A stretch of DNA of 64,000 nt. It comes from Auanema rhodensis (Eukaryota; Animalia; Nematoda). The notes beneath the pieces are model-generated. The model did no database searches and had not been told where the DNA came from. It was given only the letters and a program-made list of their open reading frames with translations. The stretch covers positions 9,734,001-9,798,000 of the forward strand of contig OZ059900.1 in the NCBI GenBank assembly GCA_964057225.1, written 5' to 3'. Position numbers and translations under genes: made by a program. Positions 38,201 through 50,542 of this stretch are shown here, one piece after another (positions within the stretch are counted from its first letter, which is position 1; each line of letters opens with the position of its first letter).

Positions 38201-39010
38201 TTACATTTTGTTGTTGAGATAAATGAATGGTTCGGCAATTAGATAAAACAATCTTTTGAGGCAGATGAGATTATTGAGAAATATTTCAGAACCATTGGTT
38301 AATTTTTAAAAATTAGGTTCTATATAGCTCGATAACTAGGAACGCTTATTTTGGTTTTCTGAATTGACCAGCTGTGCTGAAAGATGACATAGTGTGCTTA
38401 CAGTTCAATGTAATTAGCGTTGAGTTTTAAATTAATACTTTTGAATACTTAGACGTTCAGATATAAGTATATATAATCTAAAAATCTGTTAAAAGATATA
38501 AAGAGTGAAAAGTAAGATTTTGGACGGTAAAATCTGATGGATTATGAAAATTCTTCAAAATATCTTACAAAATTTAAATTAAATTGTAAAGATTCATCAA
38601 ACAAGCTGTATGTACGCTGTATACAATACAAATTGAAAAATACGTAATTAGAGCATTTAATTAGTAACCAAACCTAACTCATGTACGGAATACAGTATAA
38701 TGATAAGGTGTTGAATTTTAAGCCTGACTTCCGTTATAGGACCCCGACTTGTGAGACTTTTCGTTCCGTTTATATTTTTTTTATTATGAAATGGCAGTAA
38801 TATTTCTTAATATATCATAAAATGGCAGCTTTTTACCTTTATTTATTATGAAATAGCAGTAATATTTCTTAATTTATTATGAAATAGCAGCATTTCTCGT
38901 TAATTTTAAGAAACTTTCGTAATTTTATTTGATTTCTTGTTTTTAATTGATTTAATTGATTTTAATTTTAATAAAGGTACTCATAGAGCTGACGTTTGGT
39001 GCTTTTGAAG

Positions 39011-39703
39011 ATGTCTGCATTGGTTAGTTTGTATTAGTTCATCTGTCTGTAATTTTTATTTGTTTCAGGGCGAAAAAGCAGCATTTTACGAGCACGATAA
39101 TATATTTCAAGTTGAGGAAGAAATATTCACGCGTGATCAAAGGGAACAAATCGTTCATCGCACCTTCGAAATCAAAAATATTCGAGATCGGAAAGAGAAT
39201 CGTGCTAAGCGGGTGCATTTCTTGCAGAAGGTCAACCCACGGCTGGTGAAAAGTACCAGAAAGAAGGTTTACGCACTGGATTTAATGGAAGATGATATTA
39301 TGTCCGATCTTCATTCAATCAATGCTCTTTCATTGGACATGATTCGATTAAGAACGACGATTGGTAAGATCAGAACTCATATTCAAGAACAAACTGAGCA
39401 TATGAATGAAGAAGAGAGATCAACTTACTTTATGCAAATGGAATATCGTAAATTTCATTCACTCGTATCGGAATACATGAATTTTTTCTGCAATCAACTT
39501 GTTCTTTTCATGAGAGCTCGAGAGCCAGTTCCTATTGATATGGTGGAAGAGTTTATCGGTGCTCGTCATTATTTCTCCATCATGAGAAATGGCATGAAAT
39601 CAACTTAGTGAGCTTTTAGCTTTTTTTTTGATTGTCATAATATTATATTTTCAGCCTGGAGAATTGCAAGCTGTTTGATAAGATCAGAGCAACCAACTAT
39701 TGA
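39011..39703 (+). CDS. 'FCNQ' family member 5 (recent duplicate of member 1)
   Basis: Same 3-exon structure as 30161-30853 at offset +8850; 10 amino-acid differences. Confidence 0.85.
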
Positions 39704-40147
39704 ACTGCATTTTCGATATAATTTTATATAATAAAATTATAAATGATACTAATTGTTACTAATAAAACGTTTTTTTTAAATGCGTGATTGAAAAATACAA
39801 CGAAACTTTAAAACTTCTGAATTCTAAGTATTATCGTTTATAATATTTTTCGACATGATATGGGTCTCGAAAAGAAATTATTATAAATTCTCTTTTTTTT
39901 TTTAAATTGCCTAAAACACCTATGATATAGTATTAAGCAAGCTCGCAGTCTTTAATCTCTTGTTTCTCAATTGTGAACAAATCTATATACATTTACATGA
40001 GACATAGTTACAACACCATGGTTTCAAATGAAAAAAACCCAAAAATGAGAAATAATATGTTGGAATCGCTACGTTAATTTATTCTAAAAAGCGATTTAAA
40101 GGTCCATTAAATAGGTTTTGATTGAAGAACATGACTCTTGACATTTA

Positions 40148-40770
40148 ATGTCAATGTTTTCTCAGCTTTTAGCGATTTTCCTATTTTTCTGTATAATAAG
40201 CGAAATACAATCTGAGGTAAACATTTCATTTTTAATAATTACGTTTTGCTGTTTTCAGAAATTGTTCAGTTTAAAGTTTGATTATCGACCTGTTACTACT
40301 TATCATTTTAAATTGAAATCAGCTACTAGTTTCGAAATAACGCTTTTCTCTAGTTATGATCAGATGCTCGTTCAATTAACGGTGGGAGGACGCATGGTTT
40401 GTTTCGTTATTAATTTATTTTTTTGAATTTTTATTATTATTATGAATTCTAATTCAAGATTATGCATTCAAGTTTTGTGGGAAACAAAGGTGAAACTGGA
40501 ATGTTGTCATTGCCAGAAGCTTTTTCCACCGGTACTGAAAATTGGACTATTCATTATTTTCATAACAAATCTTTTATCGGATTTGTGGTAAACGTTGATC
40601 TAGTAAAGCTGTAATACACTTTGTGTATTCAGATGTTTACGGATTATTCAAATACGAACTTCACGGTTCCGATAAAAACCAGTTCGAAATACAACGACAT
40701 TAAGAAATTTGAGTTTACTGCCGTAGGAGGATACTTTATGAAATATGTTAAAACATGCAAGTCAGGATGA
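40148..40770 (+). CDS. Secreted beta-strand-rich protein, 157 aa, copy B; exons 40148-40216, 40259-40396, 40459-40587, 40633-40770
   Basis: Same exon lengths and phases as copy A; about 40 of 157 residues differ by manual count. Confidence 0.85.
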
Positions 40771-41502
40771 TTTTGAAAAGTCAATCAGAAAAGTAATGAC
40801 ACATTCAATTATAAAAGTGTTTTCCACATGTCAAGCTAAGCTGTAATTTGTAAAACTTTTGTATTACTGTATTCCACCTAAAGTTGAAAGCCAGAGAGTC
40901 ATATTCATTACTTAATGCTTAATATCTCATAGATAATTAAATTGTTTTCAGACAAAATTAATGAAATTTCGATATATTTTTCTATACTTCAATAGATCTT
41001 TGGCATTTCTCTATATTTTACAAAAGGTTTCATGTTGTTTTACTTATAATTTCTTTTTATTCTTGCTATGTAATTAGTATTTTACGAATGGGAACTGTCA
41101 ATTAATTTGTTTACAGTAGGAAGCTTTAGTCATGTGTCACTTATCAGAAAATTAAAGAAGTGAGGCTATGTCTTGAATACCTTATCATTACTGTATTTTA
41201 TTAAAACATATTGTAAATGTAATTTTATTTCATATGAAAAAAAAACAAGAACAAATCATTTCAACAAAAACATTCACAATAGCAATCGATACAATTACTG
41301 AATTTCTTTCATAAATTGGGCTATTCAGATATGTTAGCACCGTATATAAAGCACACAGCTTTTCTGGAATACTAGTAATTCAAACACGAGAAAGAGAACA
41401 AACTATAGTATAAGGAAAATAGACAAAGTAACAATTCACAACAATAGAAAACAGAGTTTTCCAGTGTACAAATAACAATCTCAAATTCTAATAGATACCA
41501 TT

Positions 41503-42386
41503 TCAGTTCTCTGGATCTTTGAACAAGATGTCACTTGTATCTTCGTCATCGTATTCTTCATCAAAATCGTCTTCATCGGCAGCTCCTTAATAAGAAAAAT
41601 AACTTTTCTTGTAGCGATAAAATGATTACCGTCTAATGCTACCGAAGCCAATGCATCATCAAAAATGTTCACCAACATCAAAAGCCCGATCGAGGAAACT
41701 AAATAAACGAGTGAAAACAAAGAAAGAACAGTGGTCCCATACAGTCTACATCGCTGTTATCATCACAAGACGGCTGCTGCAATGGAATAGATTCCGCGTA
41801 AGAAGAATCGCACATATTGTTTAAAATTGTATATTCAATTTCATTGTCTTCTGACTCATCAACTTCTTCATTACTTTGCTCAATATTCTCACCATCAGTC
41901 AGATTTCCCTATGAATTACATATTTTAAATGTCTTGAAACGATAGAAAGATACATTTTCGATACAATCATTCCGATGAGCTTCTTCACCATCTTCAAGAT
42001 CACTCTGAATGCAGATTCTTTTGCAACATGTAGGCTCAACAGCGTTTTGATGTGTACGTTTCCGTTCGGGCAGGGACAGTGTAATCGGAGCATTTTCTAT
42101 ACATTGCTGAAGAATAGCAGGATTCTGATAAGTTGAATCAGTAAGAGGATTCTGATAAGTCGAATCAGTAGGAGGATTCTGGCAAGTCGAATCAGTAGAA
42201 GGATTCTGACAAGTCAAATCAGTAGGAGGATTCGGACAAGTCGAATCAGTAGGAGGATTCTGGGAGGATTCTGACATGTCCAAGCAAGGAACTACAGAGT
42301 CATCGCCAGCCATCTGGAAAAGTTCATTAAAAACTAATTTTTTATCTTTAGCTAACAACAAGTTGCTCCTCATCTGAATGCGACAT
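41503..42386 (-). CDS. Acidic orphan protein with 9-aa QNPPTDSTC repeats; 5 exons
   Basis: MSHSDEEQLV|MAGDDSVV..CIEN|GNLTDGENIEQSNEEVDESED..VD F|SSIGLLMLVNIFDDALASVALD G|AADEDDFDEEYDDED..DPEN* joins in frame across four short GT-AG introns. Confidence 0.65.
42119..42262 (-). repeat. 27-bp coding minisatellite x ~5
   Basis: AGGATTCTGACAAGTCGAATCAGTAGG-type unit repeated; encodes QNP(P/S/L)TDST(C/Y). Confidence 0.9.
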
Positions 42387-43198
42387 ATTTGGTATTGATT
42401 TTGAAGAATCTTTGGGATATTCTAAAATTGAAATTAAAATATTTATCTAGTTGAGTGATTTGTTTTTCCTTGATTGAGGAAGAAATATAAGCTGTTTACA
42501 AGCAAATAAACACTGAATAATTAATGTGAGCTTATCCCAAAATATTATTCAAATAACAAATTAAAGGTCTAAATTAATTACGGTGCTCATCTTTTCGGGG
42601 CCGGTAAGCTTAAATTCATTAGTAAATTAAGAATTGAACTTTTGTTTTATTTTGTATAAGTTTTCTTATAGTTTGGATGAAATTGACAAATATCGATCGA
42701 TCTCATATATATAGTTTTCAAATTTTACCTTTCTTCTTAAAAATTTTAATATTGTAACCATTTATCGTTGGTGTCTTCTATTAATTTTTTGTGTTACTAA
42801 AAATATTCTAAACGTTGACAATGAAGTGTTTTCTATTTAAATATTGTTGAAATTGATTGTAAAATTTGTGAAATTGTCAGAATATTCCATTAAATTAAAA
42901 TTATTTGAGCTAATTGAATGAATACTTATAGAATATAATTTCTGCAGGTGTAAATATATTATTTTATATATAATTTATAATTATAATTGATATTCATGAA
43001 AGAAATTTAGAATTTTATTTGAAAATTTTAAAATAAAAGTTTACAAGAAAAGCAGCGAACAGGTGTGATATAAACTATGCTGATTGATAAATTCGTTTTT
43101 TTTTGTTTCACGACAAGTAGTCATAGTTGGTTGTTCACTGCCATTCTTAAAGTACTGCTGACATCTTTTCATTAGCTATTTCCCGCTCTTCATTCAAA

Positions 43199-44470
43199 AT
43201 GGTCTTTTTTCTTGAAAATTATATCTTGCATATGGTTAGTTTTATAATTTTTTAAATTCTATCCTTTTCCTGAAAAGCCAGATATGAATTAATAGAGAAA
43301 GTATTCTAGACATATGAAATAGCTTTCATGATAGCATATATCTTGACTATTCTTATTTTTATAATATTTATACCGTTTGATGTTATAATTATTTATCGTA
43401 TAATGCGATTTTGGCATAGTTTACGTGGATATCGAATATATTTACTTGTTAATACATTTGTGAACTTTTTATATATCATAACCATACCGTCTGCTATGCT
43501 TGTGCGCACATTCCAGCCATATAATCGTGAAAGCACAGCATTCATTTTGATGGCAGTGTCAACAATGATATATGCATCAGTTGTTCATGGTTTTTATCTG
43601 TTAACAGTGTAGGTTATTTATTAATTGAAAAAAAAAAGAAACTGCACGAAGATTTATTTTTTAATTAATAATTAAAGAAATTTGTAATATGGTGCTCTTT
43701 TTCATCTTATAACCAGCTGATTTAATCACACATATTTTTTCATTTCAACTACTTGTAGTTATATGGAAAAAAATCTTCTACATAGTTTTTCATTTTTTTC
43801 TTGAAATTTTTTTTCACAGACATTTGCAAAACAAAAGATTTATAATTGAATAAATCTTAAGTAACTGTAAAAAATTGCAAAAGTTTGAAATATAAGAAAG
43901 AATATCTCAAAAGCTGTTTATTTTACAGAAAACGGCTGATATATCATATAATTGTAAATTCTGTATGCATTATTATCAACACGCTTGTTATGTTTTTCTC
44001 AAATATCAATTCTTGGCTATGGATTGTAACACATTGCATCATATTGATGATATTCCACAGTTATCAAACGTTTATTTCATATAAATTACTCGACAAAAAT
44101 ACAAATTCTCGTGATTGTTCCATTTGTTCGATTATTTATAAAGGAATTTTAATAAAGGTAGCAATGTTTTCTATATCTATTTTTTTTTTCAAAAAAAGTT
44201 TTCTTTAAGCTTCTACCTTATATTGCACTTATAATTTCATATGCGCCATGTGGAAAGGATGTTTTAACGGTTGGAGTTATAACAGATCCATCATTATCAT
44301 GGATATCGGTATCATATATTTGCTAATTAATTATAGTAATCACTTCATATTATTTTCAGATTTCAAGCAGTATTGCACTTCTCTATGTTCCTATTGATGC
44401 TTTATACACACTGATAAGTCTACACAGAATTTCTGACAAACTTACCAAATCATTTGTGCTACCATCTTAG
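43199..44470 (+). CDS. Divergent multi-pass (about 7 TM) serpentine receptor-like protein; about 5 exons
   Basis: Exons MVFFLENYILHM / TYEIAFMIAYILTILIFIIFIPFD..GFYLLTV / KRLIYHIIVNSV..GILIK / LLPYIALIISY..SWIS / ISSSIALLYVPIDALYTLISLHR..LPS* join in frame; about seven hydrophobic segments; Pro in last TM. Confidence 0.65.
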
Positions 44471-47469
44471 AATTCAAACTGAATAATGACCCTAATATTA
44501 TCATTTACCATATATTTATTCTGATTTTTTGAATTGTTTTCCAGAAAGTGTCAGTTATAAAATCTAAAATTCTTGAAAATAGCCTCCTTTCTGTTTCTGA
44601 ACAAACGTTATTTCTCATGTTAACGAGAGTGTGAAAATGATTGAAGTATGTAATAATGCATTCAGATAATAGCTTCAAAAGTGTAAACGAAAACGAAAAT
44701 TTATTACAGAGGTTGTGAAAAACTGATTGTAAACCACCAAAATCTCAATAAACTTATTGTGTGTGCATCATCTTTTCGGGGTTTTTATCATCTTTCTTAC
44801 AAAAATAAGCATTGCAGCTGTTGAACATCACCACTAAATCGTTTAAAACATAAATTATCATGTAAAAGAACGTAGATAGATTGACAATAATTTCCTAAGA
44901 TGTGTTCAAAGTTTTCAAAGATTTCAGCTTCCTTTCTCTATACATTTCCGGCAAATTTAAGTTTGGTCTAAACAATGTTTTGAGGTTTGTTATACACTTT
45001 TCCAAACTTTATTAAGTTTAATTTCAAAGTTTCTACGTTTTTCTAAAGCATTTTTCTTTGCAAGATTAATTAAAATATAAATCATAAGTTTAGCAAGCGA
45101 TGATATTATTATTTCTTGCTAAAAATAAATTTTGAAATATTTTTTAAATTCAAGTCAGAATAGACTATTCAAAATAAGATTTTAAATATGTTAATTATAA
45201 TATGAACTTTATAACTACAAGCTTAATTAGTTTTATTATGCGTTTTCCAAACATTTTTTAAATAATATCTCAAAATAAAATATAAATTTATTTTTGACGA
45301 GAGGGCAGGAAGAAATTTGTCGCTTCTTTGTATAAAACTCAATGGACAGATGAACTCTATCGAGACACATGATCCCTTCTTGTCCTGTCTGCTAATCTTT
45401 CTGTGTCCCTGTTGTCTCTTGGCTTGCTGTTATCTCTCATTCTCTTTTCATTCATTTTCCTTTTTTTTATAATTATTTTTACAAAAACCGTACAGTATCA
45501 ATCAATTTGCTTTTTATAGTTTGTATTTACTTTGCACGTATTTAAGAGATAACCGGGAAATTAGCTGTGAGCTCTTTTTATTCTTCCTCAAAGCATATAT
45601 GCCATCTGGCTCCTCATAGCAACTTATTAAAAGTCTCACAATTGCTTAGGACACTGGTAATATGACACCTTGGCAGAATCATTTGCATCTGATAGTCTTC
45701 TTCTTTCGGGATTTGGTTTGAAAGCCAAACGTCTCGTTTTCCTCTTCTCTTTATCTAAGCCACCAACTCTGCAACTCTTTATTATCGTTTTCTTTGATAA
45801 TCAATCAATGTCAATATTCCTAGTTTTTTTCTTTTGAAATCAAAGAATTATCAGTTTTTGGTTTCCCAAATTGTGAATCGTGTAACTTTCTTTTCATTTG
45901 CTCAAAATATTATGTTTAGTTGCATGAATTCAAAAGAAACTTATGTATGAGTGTGCTTGTGCGCAGCAGTATATACCAGAGCGCAAATTCCAAAAGTAAG
46001 CTTCGAGCGCACTTGGCTGTACTCAACTCATTTTAATCCAGTCCTATTTTCTACTTATGCTTCTTTCTGGCATCCTTACTCTTTTATGCTCTTTGAACCT
46101 TTCTTGCTCTCATTTGGTTCGCAAAGTTTTTCTATTTCTCATCAAAACTAATCTTCCATTTCTATATAAGGCTTAATTCAAGGTTTTGCATCATCCTGTC
46201 ACAACATATGAAACAGTCTTCAATTACATTCATTGAGTTTTTCTTCTAATTTCATATACACATATGTGTATTATAGTTATGTGAATAGTTTAGTCAATTT
46301 TATGTTTTTATTTTCCAAAGCTTTATCTGATTTGCCTTGAGTTTGTAGCTGCAGATGATTTTCAAATGCAAGAGACATGGTTAAAATCTTATTTTCATCA
46401 GAATATATGGTTTTAATTATGATATACCCATTATATGATAATAATTAATTTGTTTTCGAATTCATTGTTAATTTTGTTGAAATTAGGAGGATTGCGTTAT
46501 AAATTAATTTCAATATCACAGCTTAAAAATTGTTGGAACCTTTATTAGAAACTTCAATTTCTAAACTGATTCTTCATTCTTGGTCAATAATCGATCTTAT
46601 TATCCGAGATTGACTATCATAGAGAATAAAACTTGTAGTTTGTTATAGCATTTTCAAAATTATCTAACTATTTTGTTATTTCAAAGATATTAGTTAGAAT
46701 TTGAGTTGAAAGATAAAAATCAAAATACTAAGAAGTTTATAAGTTAGTACATGATCAACTTGTTTTGATTACCGTAAACAATAAAAATAACAAAGTACAA
46801 TAATGTTTTTTTTAAATTTTTGTTGAAAAAGGAAGAAGGAAGGACTTTTGGGGGGGGGGATGTCATTACATCAGAAAATATACGAATGAAATCTACTTAT
46901 GACTGAGTTATGTAATAGAACATTGAGATAGAATGAGAGATAGAGAGAATAAGCATCTGTTTTTGCTTACCAATAGTAGCTTTCATGAATAGCTAAGAAG
47001 TATTGGTCATTCTTTATAATGAAAGCATGCGCTTATTTTCTCATACTTCGTTTGTTTTATTTTGTCAACTTTTTTGCTCGATTTCTGAATATGAAAATTA
47101 ATTCATTTAAACTTCTTTCAAAGTTTAGTTTCAGAAATCAGAATTAAGCTTTCAAAATTGAAATATTTCAAGTTTAAGTTGATGAATCAGCTAAAAATCT
47201 ATTTTTTTAGCAATATTATCACTTACTATCAGGCTTATAAAGTTGTGTAACTATTATCGATTATTATATTTTACATTTTTTCCCGCAGTTTCTGTACTAA
47301 TTCTTTGTTTGAATGCAGATACAAGGTGCAATACAGCTCATTCTTAGCAAAACACCTACAAAGCTATTTCATTTTCTGTTTCAATATCAATAACTTATGC
47401 TCTTTATTTGCTTTTCATATTATTTATTCTTGATGTATTGTTTTATATTTATATTCTCTTACATGTCTT

Positions 47470-47840
47470 CTAATTTCCGAAATCGTCCCTAGCCATCTGG
47501 CGTTGACTGTTCTATAATTATTCAGCTATAATGTTTCTGATGACTTTTGACACGCTGATCTTTTACTTTGCTACTTCTTTACGTCATCTCAGTATTCTTT
47601 CTGGCCAATCAAATCCCTATATCTCTCCATTTAATTTTCACCCAAAACCATTTCTTTCAACTTGGTACTTACCCATCGCGCTTCTCATTCTCAACATCTC
47701 TTAATCCTTATGTATGACTTTATGCTATTTGTCAATTCCATTTCATCTATATTGTTGAACAACGCTTGAAGTTCTTCAATGTTATTACATCATCATTGAA
47801 CGCAGACTTTTCCAAATTGCTATTACTCGTTTCCACCACA
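47470..47840 (-). mobile_element. Possible highly decayed RTE-type reverse transcriptase remnant
   Basis: Broken frames give AFNDDVI../IEELQALFNNIDEMELTNSIK (cf. RFADDIVL..EELQQMLNELNE..GLKINLKKTK) and later RTVNARWLGTISE (cf. RRTDDRWTKRVTEW). Weak. Confidence 0.25.
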
Positions 47841-50498
47841 TCTACTAAAAATCTTTAATTTTGAAGACGATTCATTTTTTCTCAATTCTATACCATTTAA
47901 TCAGTTTTTTTCAATATTTATTCACATTTTTTCTATTATCAATGCACAGCAATGTGCACAACTTTGTAAAAACATATAGAAAACGTGAAAACTAAAGGAA
48001 GGGAGTGATAACAGGTGCTTGCTCGTAGAAACTTGAACTCGAATAGCATTGGTAACCTTCTTTCACACTACCTCTGATTTGTTAAAGTGTTTTTAGTTCT
48101 ATTCAATGTTTTAATTATCAACTTTTAATTTTTCCTTAACCTTTTCTTTACAAAACTTGGAATTATTATGTATACTAGTCTGCTAATACTATGATTTGAC
48201 GCTGTTTATATGTTTTCAGACTAAAACATGGGTTTTTCGGTTCTCCCTTTCACAAACTTTAACTCTTTACCCAAATTTAATCTTAAAAATCTGGAAAATT
48301 TTTCATTCCAATTCTTTTCATTGTCCAGAGCTATAAAGATAATTGCACACAGTCGCAGTATATTTATTTAGCTATATATTGACATGTTTGTCATTAAACT
48401 TTATGAAATTTAATTTTCACTAATGATATATAGCATTACATGCTTTCTAACATCAGCTGATTGGTTGAATTTGGTTTATGTGCTGCATGTTGTTGCCATC
48501 GTACTTTGTCGTTAAAAGTTCGGCTGTCATTAGGTGAAACAAAAGGCGTAAAAAGCAATTACACGATGTTGCACGTCGGCGTGATCATCAAATTCTTATT
48601 GAATTATGTGCTAAGAGTGACTAAATACGATAGGAACCGCAGAATATACATCTTTCTTGGTTTTTTCTATGATTTTAACTTTATTTTGTTTTATTTATTT
48701 CATTCAATATATAGTTTATAATATGTATAATCAAGAATAATGAATAAGAATAAGTAAAAGATTAAAGAAAAAATGGTTAATTTCGTACAAGTTTTGCAAA
48801 TAGAAATACGTGAAACAGCTGTAATTTTTGAAAAGAACGTAAATCAATTATGAATTCGAATCAGAGAACAGGGCATAAATCTGAAAGATATTAGATGAAA
48901 GGAATGTAGAAATTGTGATCGAATAATGTGAATAGAATAGGAGTATATGATCTCTTTCAACTACACTCAGCCATATTTCAGTTTTTATTTTCTATTCAAC
49001 ATATTTCTTTTTCTTTTTTTCATACTTATTCTCTCACGTTTGCATGCTTTTTCACTCAATCGCATTGCATATTTGACTCTATTACTTGTTACCAGCTCAC
49101 AAACATAAAGCATAGCCAGCTCAGTCTATATATCAGATTGAAATCTGATTGCTTGACATGATTCGGTCCGGGTTGTGTCGTTTATTCGTCACTATGTAAT
49201 ATATGTCTGTATTGTCGTAACATGTTGCGGGCTGTCTTTGAGTTTAGCACCAATGAAGTGAAAAAAACGAAGGCGCTGTTGCCAACATATGCCTTTTCTC
49301 ATAAGTAGTCTCAGCTGATGTTTCCGTATTTTGCACTATATCAGCTTTCATCAATTGAGATTGTTTAGTTCAAAAGTATCGTGAGAGATTGTGATCTTTT
49401 AGTGTTTTTTCATAAAAATCGTACATTTACTTGTCTAATTATAATTTTGCTAATATATAATTTATGTTAAATAGAATATTTCTTAATCTGTGCTTAACGA
49501 TTGGGTTGTCAATTTGTTAAATTTTTACAAAACTGATTTGTTGCCTGAAGACGAATACATTATTTTTACTTTGCCCAGAATACCCTCATGCGTTTATACT
49601 TCAAATTCTCATTGAGTTGCTTAAACGTATAACAGTGATCGCAGTCTATCCATAGGCTATTAGAAATGTAGTTTGAGTAAGTGACTCTACTGCACCATCT
49701 CCTTCCAAGAACCCCAGATAGGAAATTGTTCCAACAAAAGTAAGCTGAATAGGGGGCTAGACTAAGCACAAGCCATCTTGTCCATTACCAATGCTTAATT
49801 GCGTTTTACCCACTTCTTCATTACGCCTTGTAGGCTTTCATCTTCAACAATTCTTTTATTTTGTAAACGTAAATTCACAAACTTTGCTCCGTCAGGCCCT
49901 GATAAACGGCTTGATAATCCTGCTTTTTTGAATATATTTTGAGATTTTCAATCTTGTACGTGTATTAGAGAAAATCATTTACTTTTGAGTTCTCACCTAA
50001 TGCATTATGATGCAATTTCATTCTGATGCAATTTCATATATGAATAATTAGTAAAATTTTTTGCAAACGTAAGAAATAAAGGCGTTTATTCAATTCACAC
50101 CTAAATGATCAATATCATGATTCTAGTTGGGTGGTCGAGTATGATGTTAAGGTCATGCAAGTCTTTCGCCTTACATAGTCTGCGCATTTAAAATTCATCT
50201 TTCATGCTAATTGATTGTTGATGTCATTTTCTGTGCATATTTAAAAACATACATATAAAGCTAGAAATAAGAAAAAAGAAATATTTTTGAGATGAATAAT
50301 CTGAAAATAAGTAACTTTCACTAAGGGCATATTGACAGTTGCTCATTGGCATCCTGACAGGTTGATGTTTAAGATATGCGAAATCATTTTTTCTTCCAAA
50401 AAACGGTCATTTTTTCATTATATTTCATCTGAAATTCTGCTTCCTGTTCTACTTTCTTCATTCAATCTTCAACATGCTTTCATCACACTCATAGTCCC

Positions 50499-50542
50499 TT
50501 TCTTCTTCTACTTCTTCTTTTTCTTCTTCTTCTTCTTCTTCT
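50499..50542. repeat. (TTC)n microsatellite
   Basis: TTCTTCTTCTACTTCTTCTTTTTCTTCTTC...; source of the poly-Phe spurious ORF 50332-50862. Confidence 0.85.

Larger units (their letters stand above)
38514..41019 (+). repeat. Direct segmental duplication, copy B (two-gene cassette)
   Basis: Near-identical to 29740-32115 with indels in both promoters. Confidence 0.95.

Noticed and set aside
35703-48838. Scattered CTGTTTCA (piRNA Ruby-motif core) hits
   Set aside because: About five hits noticed in 64 kb, near chance expectation for this composition; no cluster.
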